Positions 26,348 to 32,507 of a stretch of DNA of 32,507 nucleotides are shown one piece after another. Origin of the DNA: Planctomycetota bacterium (GTDB lineage Bacteria; Planctomycetota; SZUA-567; H5-PLA8); contig BTVV01000067.1 in the NCBI GenBank assembly GCA_045863855.1, forward strand, positions 1 to 32,507, written 5' to 3'. The notes under the pieces were generated by a model. The model worked only from the letters and a program-made list of their open reading frames with translations, had not been told where the DNA came from and made no database searches. The position numbers and the translations under genes are program-made. Position 1 is the first letter of the stretch, and each line of letters opens with the position of its first letter.

Positions 26348-26797
26348 TTAGGCGGCAGGTTGGCGGCGAGTCAGGATCTGGCGCAGGTCGCGTTTCGCGG
26401 AGTAGGTGAGCTGTGCGAGCGTTCGATTCTGAAAGCGCCAGAAGAGCGCACCGAACGTTCGCTGCGGATGGGCTTGCATCGCCGTGAAGTAGGCGTCGGG
26501 GTCCGTGACGCGCAGGCGCCGCCAGTCATCCTGCAGGCCGCGATCCAATTTCGTCGGCTTCCCTGCCAGGATGTCGAGAAGGTAGCCGGCCTCGGTGGCA
26601 TTGAGTGCGTTCGAGGTCAAGACCGCACGGCCCAAATGCGAGCAGATCCAATCCAAGCGGCCTTCGCGGCAGACTTCGAAAACCTCTCCGCGAGATCCGC
26701 GCGCGCGCGGATCGCCGTCTTTGGCCAAGCGGTCGAACTCGATACAGAGGCGGCGGACCATCGCGCGGCTTGCGTACGTGGTGGCGTTCTGGCTCAT
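26348..26797 (-). CDS. possible Mu GemA-like protein
   Basis: TSNALNATEAGYLLD and LAQLTY..L helical motifs; position before the late regulator. Confidence 0.35.
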   Translation of the reverse strand: MSQNATTYASRAMVRRLCIEFDRLAKDGDPRARGSRGEVFEVCREGRLDWICSHLGRAVLTSNALNATEAGYLLDILAGKPTKLDRGLQDDWRRLRVTDPDAYFTAMQAHPQRTFGALFWRFQNRTLAQLTYSAKRDLRQILTRRQPAA

Positions 26798-26809
26798 GAC
26801 GTGGCTCCT

Positions 26810-27250
26810 TTAGAAAGGCAGTTTCCAGTGGAAGTAGTCGCTGAAGCTCATCCAACCGTGCTTCGTCTGGAAGCCCCACACGCGCTTCTTGCGACCGCAG
26901 AAGACAAGCGTCCAAGCCGGGATATCCGGCCAGACTTCGCCCAGAGGCGCAGGCTGTTTGGTGAGCTGAACCCGATGCAGATCCTTGGCGCGGTGGACCA
27001 CGACATCGCCAGGCATGCGCATCTTCGCGCCGCCTGGCACATGCTCCAGATATCCGCTACGCAGAATGATCGAGACAAAGTTCCAGGGATGGTCATGCAG
27101 ATCCCGGTCCGAATCGCTGCGTAGAATGTGATGCAGGTAGACGCGGAAGATCGGCGTCCACAAGAGCGTGTAGCGGTGCAGGTATTCGTCTCCCGTGTTG
27201 GAATCTCGGATCACTTCCTTGGGGAGCTTGGACAACACGAATCGGACCAC
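26810..27250 (-). CDS. cupin-fold protein
   Basis: YLHHILRSD.DRDLHDHPWNF.S.IL..GY.E...HRV..WTL..G...WGF. Confidence 0.75.
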   Translation of the reverse strand: MVRFVLSKLPKEVIRDSNTGDEYLHRYTLLWTPIFRVYLHHILRSDSDRDLHDHPWNFVSIILRSGYLEHVPGGAKMRMPGDVVVHRAKDLHRVQLTKQPAPLGEVWPDIPAWTLVFCGRKKRVWGFQTKHGWMSFSDYFHWKLPF

Positions 27251-27251
27251 G

Positions 27252-27611
27252 TCAGTTCCCTCCAGAATGGGCGGTAAGTTCCTTCAGCAGGCGTTTGATC
27301 CGTAGTCTGGCCTCGGTTCCGCAGGCGTTGCGGTAAGCGTCGTGGAGTTTGCGCTCGTAATCGCTACGGCTGTTGACACCTGGCGGCGGATCGTCGCGCA
27401 GTTCGCGCACCGTCGTGGTGCGATGCCGGAGGTAGCACGTACGGCAGAGTTTTAGGGTTTGGTATTCACGGACACCGCCACAACCTGGCGTCGAGCAGGG
27501 CAGGCCCAACGCACGGAAGCGCGCGTACCGCGCGCGGTCGTAGTGGAGTTTGCAGAGGCCGCGCCCAAAGGCAGGACGGCCACATGCCGATTCGATACAG
27601 GTTGCTCGCAT
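27252..27611 (-). CDS. Zn-finger protein (two Cx4C..Cx2H/C fingers)
   Basis: CIESACGRPAFGRGLCKLHY; CSTPGC..LCRTCY. Confidence 0.65.
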   Translation of the reverse strand: MRATCIESACGRPAFGRGLCKLHYDRARYARFRALGLPCSTPGCGGVREYQTLKLCRTCYLRHRTTTVRELRDDPPPGVNSRSDYERKLHDAYRNACGTEARLRIKRLLKELTAHSGGN

Positions 27612-27620
27612 GGGTGCCTC

Positions 27621-27941
27621 CTAGAACAGCGACTTGGGTTTCGCCGCCGGCGTGGGTGCGTCGGACGGCTTGGCGGGTTCCGCTGGGTTCTGCGGTGCTT
27701 GTTGCGCCGCGCGGCGCTTCAGCGCGGCCTGGATCGCGCGCGCGGAGTCTTCGACGTATTCGCGCAGCCGGCGAATGCGCTCCAACTTCCAGGCGCGGTT
27801 CGCTTCGCTCGGCGCTTTGTACTTGGTGGCGTCGGCAAGAAAGTCCTCGACCTCGGCCAGGTATGCATCGACCTGGCCGAGGTGAGGTACCAGATCCTCA
27901 GACTTCGGAGCTGGGTGCGTGGGTGGCTGTGAAAGGTCCAT
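27621..27941 (-). CDS. hypothetical protein (106 aa)
   Basis: AAGGA RBS; tight packing. Confidence 0.6.
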   Translation of the reverse strand: MDLSQPPTHPAPKSEDLVPHLGQVDAYLAEVEDFLADATKYKAPSEANRAWKLERIRRLREYVEDSARAIQAALKRRAAQQAPQNPAEPAKPSDAPTPAAKPKSLF

Positions 27942-27959
27942 GGCGGGGTGGTCCTTTCC

Positions 27960-28364
27960 TTAGCCTGCAGCCGCTTCGAGCGTCTCGGCTGACAGCACTT
28001 CCAGCTCGCGCTCTTCGCCGTCCTTCACGCGGCAAGCAGCGAGCTTCTTGTCTTCCGGGCACGCCAGCATGCGCTGGTTGAGCTTCTTGGAATCGGGCTT
28101 GTTGGGGCACAGCGCCTGGAAGAGCGCGCGGGAAAGGCAGGTGCGAAGCGCTTCGACCACCCAGGTGTACTTGGGAGAGCGCTTGATTTTCGAGAGGTGG
28201 CCCTCGGGCGACTTGTACTCGTCGATCTTCCGCGCGAGCAGCTCCTCCTTAATCGACTTGCAGAGCGCGTTGTACTCGTTAGCGACGGGCCGGATCGCGA
28301 CCAGGCGCTTGATCTGCGTGTTGAGTTCCGCGTCCTGCAACCGAACCTTCTCAGACTTGGCCAT
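27960..28364 (-). CDS. hypothetical protein, weakly Gam/gp157-like
   Basis: N-terminal coiled coil, then beta region and PDSKKL motif; AGGAGG RBS. Confidence 0.55.
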   Translation of the reverse strand: MAKSEKVRLQDAELNTQIKRLVAIRPVANEYNALCKSIKEELLARKIDEYKSPEGHLSKIKRSPKYTWVVEALRTCLSRALFQALCPNKPDSKKLNQRMLACPEDKKLAACRVKDGEERELEVLSAETLEAAAG

Positions 28365-28454
28365 CTGTACGTCCTCCTAACGACACTGCGTTACGCCGCG
28401 CGGATGGGGCTGCATGCGCAACCAAAATCATCCGAGCGGTCCAGCACTGGAAAT

Positions 28455-29018
28455 TCAGTCGGCCTTGGGCTTGCAGCCGTGTTGCGATGCGCACTCGGGA
28501 CACAGCGTCCAGTCGCATGCAGGGCAGGTCAGGGCGTCCGCCGCCGAGAAGGTCACGCAGCAGCGGTCGCACTTCGGGTCTGGCGCGTCGCTGCTCGCTT
28601 GGAGTAGCGCGCGGATGTCGTCGTCTTGGGAGAGTTCGGATACGCAGGCCGCGCAGAGCGAGACCGGCGAATCGTGCAGCGCGGGCGCGCGCAGTACTCG
28701 GACATCCACGCCGCGCTTGCCACAGCCGTCGCAGTTTCCGGTGCGCGCCTGGATCGCCTGGCGCCCTTCGTCGGTGAGTTCGAACTCGGCGGGTAAGTAG
28801 CCCAGAGCGCGCGCGGTCTTTTTGATCGAAACCGTGTGCTGAGCGGCGCAGCCGATGCGCGAGCCCACGGGGATCGGGCCGATGACGCGTTCGAGATCGG
28901 CCACGGTCGGACGCGGGTCCACGACGGGTACGCCTTCGAGCCGGTCACAGGCGATGTCCATCTTGTCTACTGCCGCCCGGATCTCCGGGGTGAGCTTCAA
29001 TTCTTCTGGCGGGTGCAT
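28455..29018 (-). CDS. multi-Zn-finger protein (187 aa)
   Basis: CDGC..CAAC and CDRC..CPAC..CPEC..H; AGGAGG RBS. Confidence 0.65.
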   Translation of the reverse strand: MHPPEELKLTPEIRAAVDKMDIACDRLEGVPVVDPRPTVADLERVIGPIPVGSRIGCAAQHTVSIKKTARALGYLPAEFELTDEGRQAIQARTGNCDGCGKRGVDVRVLRAPALHDSPVSLCAACVSELSQDDDIRALLQASSDAPDPKCDRCCVTFSAADALTCPACDWTLCPECASQHGCKPKAD

Positions 29019-29054
29019 CGTTCCTCCTCCTTTATGCGCGCATGCGCGCGCGAG

Positions 29055-29264
29055 TTATCGCTTCGACATCATCTGGCCGGCCTTATCGAGCGCGGCCACG
29101 TACTCCTTCAGCTTCTGAACTTCACGCGCGTAGAAGACGCTCAATTCGCTATTAGGGCCTTCGAGTTCCTTGTGCCGCTCCGCGCGATCCTGCGTGTCAT
29201 TGAGCAGCTTCACGTTTTCTTCTTTGAGTTCGTGGAGCCGAACAATCGCCTGGAAAGTAGTCAT
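29055..29264 (-). CDS. hypothetical coiled-coil protein (69 aa)
   Basis: AAGGAG RBS; ATGA coupling. Confidence 0.6.
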   Translation of the reverse strand: MTTFQAIVRLHELKEENVKLLNDTQDRAERHKELEGPNSELSVFYAREVQKLKEYVAALDKAGQMMSKR

Positions 29265-29443
29265 CGCTTGGGCTCCTTATTGAATTCACGCTGGACCTTC
29301 TTGGAGCACTTCGGGCAGATCCCGTGCGACACGACTTGGCCTGCCTTGGCGTCCCGCATCATGCGGTTGCACCAAGCACACACGACGGCCACGCTTTCGG
29401 GCGACTCCGGCATCTCCATCACGGCGGTACTCGTCTCGGACAT
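29261..29443 (-). CDS. small Zn-ribbon protein (60 aa)
   Basis: VCAWC..SHGICPKC; GGGAGGA RBS before MSETST. Confidence 0.7.
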   Translation of the reverse strand: MSETSTAVMEMPESPESVAVVCAWCNRMMRDAKAGQVVSHGICPKCSKKVQREFNKEPKR

Positions 29444-29472
29444 GGGTGCGTCCTCCCTGGCGGGGTTGAGGG

Positions 29473-29613
29473 TTACGGTTCGCGCAGCTCGCGGTCGAGC
29501 TTGGCGATCCAGCGCGTTAGGAACGCGCGGAGTGCCTCGCGCGTGGCCGCGCGAATGAGCGCTTCGCTCGAAGGTTGCGGCCACGCGCGTTTGGACTTGA
29601 TTCGTTTCTTCAC
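29473..29613 (-). CDS. small basic protein (46 aa), below the ORF-track cutoff
   Basis: TAAGGAG RBS, then GTG: MKKRIKSKRAWPQPSSEALIRAATREALRAFLTRWIAKLDRELREP; fills the gap between neighbours. Confidence 0.55.
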   Translation of the reverse strand: MKKRIKSKRAWPQPSSEALIRAATREALRAFLTRWIAKLDRELREP

Positions 29614-29641
29614 GTCGGGTGCTCCTTACTTGGGGTTGGGT

Positions 29642-30226
29642 TCAGGCGCTTGCGACGGCAGGCTCGAAGACCGGCTCTTCGCTCTCGCCAAACTCGCTCT
29701 TCTTGAAGTCCCAGGACCGGGCTCGACCGAGAAGCCGATCTCCTAGCGGCGGGAAGGCTTCGACGCGGCGCTGTTTGTAGCTGTCGAAGATCATGACCTT
29801 CCCGATGACCATGACGATGCGGACGGGGATGTGCAGGAATCCCGCCGTGTAGTCCACATGGGCGGCGAAGAGTTCACGGCGCGAAGGACGCATTAAGCGT
29901 GCTTCATCCAGCCACAGGCACAGCGGGCGTCGCTCTTCTCCGCTAAGGGATCGAAAAGCGCGCTCCATGCGGTCGAAGTATCCGAGGCCACTTAGGTTCG
30001 GCCCGGCGGTTCGACTGAGGCTGACGACGGCGTCCCACGCGCCTGCGCCGTCAAGCAGCACGGATCGCGGAATCTTCTGATCACGAAGCGACTGCCGTTC
30101 TAGGAACTTCAGCGCAGTGCTCACACCGGTGCGCCATTCGTGAACGACGACTACGTCTAGCGGCACGCCCTTGATCGGCTCGCGCGCCAGGTCAAACAAC
30201 GCTTCTTGAGAACGGGACCATCGCAT
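29642..30226 (-). CDS. MuB/TniB-like AAA+ protein with a degenerate Walker A
   Basis: VVVVHEWRTGVSTAL at the P-loop position; LCLWLDEARLM Walker B; IVMVIG; RLLGR; near the transposase. Confidence 0.55.
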   Translation of the reverse strand: MRWSRSQEALFDLAREPIKGVPLDVVVVHEWRTGVSTALKFLERQSLRDQKIPRSVLLDGAGAWDAVVSLSRTAGPNLSGLGYFDRMERAFRSLSGEERRPLCLWLDEARLMRPSRRELFAAHVDYTAGFLHIPVRIVMVIGKVMIFDSYKQRRVEAFPPLGDRLLGRARSWDFKKSEFGESEEPVFEPAVASA

Positions 30227-30250
30227 GGCTCTTCCTCCTGGGGTGGCGGG

Positions 30251-30934
30251 TTAGTGCTTGGCCTTGGGGGCTACGGCCCAACCGAAGGGTTCGAGTACGT
30301 TGTCGAGCTGCTCAGCGAGCGCGCGGATTTTGGTTTTCGGGAGCGCGCGCGGGTGACCGCTTGCGTCGTAGAATTGACGCATCAAAGGCTTGAGTGCTTT
30401 TTCCGCCCACTTCGCTGGCGGCAGATCGGGTTCGTCCGTATCGCCGCCGCGCTGTTCGGCAAGTTTGGCGAGCAGGTCTTCAACGAACTCGGGTTCCGAA
30501 GGCTTCCGAACGTGCTCTGCAAAGTGCTTCTCGGCGCATCCTGGCTTCACCTTGAGTAGAGCCGCGATCCCCGTTGCGGGTTCGTCGTCGCTGCCCGGGC
30601 TGTACCATTCGTAAACCCACTTTTCGAGCGCGCGGCGCGTGACCAGGCCTTTGGCTTCGATGGCATCCATGGCCAAACCGTGGGCTGACTTCGGACGGCC
30701 CGGCTTAAGCTTTCCGTCCGGGAGTCGATTCATTGCGTCCACGCGCGTTTGCACATCCGCGCGCGCGGCGTATTCGAAGATCGCGCGCGCGACGTTCCAT
30801 GCGGCGACGTGACCTTCCGCGCGTCTACAGCGAGCGTTCATCACTGCAGGCTTGAGCGATTGAATGAACAATCCCAAACCCGGTAGCGCGTCCTCCGCTT
30901 CAGCCTGAACTACGATGGGTGCAGCGTCCTTCAT
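30251..30934 (-). CDS. hypothetical protein, possible DNA-binding (227 aa)
   Basis: AGGAG RBS; PGRPK and a helical HTH-like segment. Confidence 0.6.
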   Translation of the reverse strand: MKDAAPIVVQAEAEDALPGLGLFIQSLKPAVMNARCRRAEGHVAAWNVARAIFEYAARADVQTRVDAMNRLPDGKLKPGRPKSAHGLAMDAIEAKGLVTRRALEKWVYEWYSPGSDDEPATGIAALLKVKPGCAEKHFAEHVRKPSEPEFVEDLLAKLAEQRGGDTDEPDLPPAKWAEKALKPLMRQFYDASGHPRALPKTKIRALAEQLDNVLEPFGWAVAPKAKH

Positions 30935-30948
30935 GGGTGCGTCTCCTC

Positions 30949-32507
30949 CTATTGACCCGCCTCACTCTTGAGCGGGGAATCTTGTTCAAGCGGCGTGTCG
31001 TTGGTGCCTTCGCGCAGCGCGTTGATCTGGCGCTTATGGGTTTCTTTGGCGGCGTCGCGCAGTTTGGAGATCTCGTCCTGCGGCTTATCAGGCAGTGCGT
31101 AATAGTGGCCCATGACAGGCTTGCGAACGTCGAACAAGTACTCGCTTACGCGCGCCACGCGGGCTTTTGCTAAAAGTACGCGGTCCATTGCACCGTCGCG
31201 CGGGTCGAGAATGTGAACGATGACTTCGCCCGGTTCGTGGCTGGCGAGCAACCCACCCGGAAGCGCAATTGCGATGGCGTCTTCGCCGTTGAAGTCGGTG
31301 ACCGGACCGTCGAGGTCGAAGATCGGTCCATCGAGATCCGCGAAGCGAGCTTCAGTCCCGTGGCCGAATTTCACGCGACGTCCGTCTACGCGGCAGACGC
31401 GGGCCTTGCGAACGATCTCCGGCCACTTCTGTTTCGCATCTGGGGCTAAAAGGCGGTGCGCACGCTTTTGGGCATCGTCATCCCATATCTGCATCCGGGT
31501 GCGCGAACCCACGTTTCCCGAGAGTTCGTATCCGCTGGGCTTCAGAACCAGCCTGGCGTTGATCTTCGATTCCGCTTCTCTGACCGCTTGGCGGTATTCA
31601 ACCTCGTTATCGAAGCAGCGATCTGGCCTGAAGCCTGTCCCCGCCAGTTCTTTCTCGGTGCTGTAGCGCGCTTCTACGCCTTCGAGGTATTGCTGAGCCG
31701 TTAGTACGCCGCGCTCGGCATAGCTGCCGCCCTGCTTGCGTCCACCCATTCGGATATGGAAGCGAGTCTCACAGGCGAGCAACAGCAGCACACCTGGCAT
31801 GATATTGAGCGGCTTCTCGGGATCGGCCAGGAGGATCTGAGTGGCCAAGCCGCTCTTGCGGTCAACCGATACAATCTCGGGCGCGGTACCGAAGCGGAAA
31901 AGGAAGTCTTCGATTGCGTTGTAGCTGACCTCGGGCGTGACTTTTTCACTTTGAGGCAGTCCGCCACCCCAGCCGTAATCCTCGCTGGGCGAGGTAAACG
32001 GAGCGATGAATACCCGCCGACTGTTGATGTCGCGGCAAAGAATGAAGTAGCGCTTCTGCCAGCCCTTTTCGCTCTTACGGCCGTAGCTGACCGTGACTTC
32101 TACCTTGAACGTGGAGCCGTCCATGAACCACGTGTGTCCGGCGTAGAGCCCAACCGGCGCGAGTAGGCGGCTGGTGTAGGACTGCGCTTCAGCGACGGCG
32201 TCCACCTTGCCGCCGATTCCTCTCCAGAGCCTGAGAATGTAGGCTTCGAGGCTGGCAGGGCGCTTAAGTGTCTCGAATTTGTCATCCCGCAGGATGGTCT
32301 CGACTTGTTCGCGGATTTGGGAGAAGGAAGGCTCGCAGATCAGTTCAGCGACTAGGCGAGAGCGCGGCGTGCGGGCCTTCTCTGCGTAGGCACCCTTGGA
32401 GTAGGTCCGTCGCTTGGACTCAAGGAAGGGATGAACCAGGCTAAAGATCAGGCCGTCGCGCTGTTCGCGCTCGGCATCGGCTGGAACTTCCTCTACGTGG
32501 GCGGCAC
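30949..32507 (-). CDS. DDE transposase (MuA/integrase-core-like), 5' end outside the window
   Basis: HTWFMDG, CRDINSR, PEIVSVDRKSG, SYAERG; I checked that the frame has no stop from 32205 to the window end. Confidence 0.7.
   Translation of the reverse strand, partial: AAHVEEVPADAEREQRDGLIFSLVHPFLESKRRTYSKGAYAEKARTPRSRLVAELICEPSFSQIREQVETILRDDKFETLKRPASLEAYILRLWRGIGGKVDAVAEAQSYTSRLLAPVGLYAGHTWFMDGSTFKVEVTVSYGRKSEKGWQKRYFILCRDINSRRVFIAPFTSPSEDYGWGGGLPQSEKVTPEVSYNAIEDFLFRFGTAPEIVSVDRKSGLATQILLADPEKPLNIMPGVLLLLACETRFHIRMGGRKQGGSYAERGVLTAQQYLEGVEARYSTEKELAGTGFRPDRCFDNEVEYRQAVREAESKINARLVLKPSGYELSGNVGSRTRMQIWDDDAQKRAHRLLAPDAKQKWPEIVRKARVCRVDGRRVKFGHGTEARFADLDGPIFDLDGPVTDFNGEDAIAIALPGGLLASHEPGEVIVHILDPRDGAMDRVLLAKARVARVSEYLFDVRKPVMGHYYALPDKPQDEISKLRDAAKETHKRQINALREGTNDTPLEQDSPLKSEAGQ

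Larger units (their letters stand above)
1..32507 (-). mobile_element. Temperate, probably transposable (Mu-like replication module) siphovirus or prophage; both ends lie outside the window
   Basis: Co-oriented DDE transposase, MuB-like, terminase, portal, protease, capsid, head-tail, tail, tape measure and lysis-type genes in canonical order. Confidence 0.9.

Noticed and set aside
2264..30950. Recurrent GCACCCATG-like sequence before several start codons
   Set aside because: Best explained as RBS-spacer preference rather than an operator
274..32166. Many long plus-strand ORFs (e.g. 4101..5192, 11123..12607, 18754..20157, 23176..24384)
   Set aside because: They are antisense shadows of well-supported minus-strand genes in high-GC DNA, with no recognisable motifs

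Overview
The window is a 32.5-kb, high-GC piece of a temperate tailed phage (siphovirus-type), with all credible genes on the minus strand, so it reads from right to left. The early region has a DDE (MuA-like) transposase cut by the window edge, a short MuB-like ATPase with a degenerate Walker A, several Zn-finger, cupin and GemA-like genes, an XRE-type HTH gene and a 117-aa protein resembling only region 2 of a sigma-70 factor. The late region has a terminase, an HK97-type portal, protease and capsid, a MuF protein with a C-terminal ADP-ribosyltransferase domain, head-tail and tail genes (with a -1 frameshift chaperone pair), a tape measure protein and two paralogous LamG adhesion modules. 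It ends with a holin-lipoprotein fusion, a trypsin-like lipoprotein and an atypical initiator-like tRNA-Met. The strongest hidden signal is an exact 10-mer, CCGTATCTAT (minus strand). I found six copies, only in the late region, each in front of a functional module and with no shared -35 element. Together with the sigma2-only gene, this suggests a -10-only late transcription system in a transposable phage, analogous to T4 gp55. All family assignments come from motifs recognised by eye; no database search was run.
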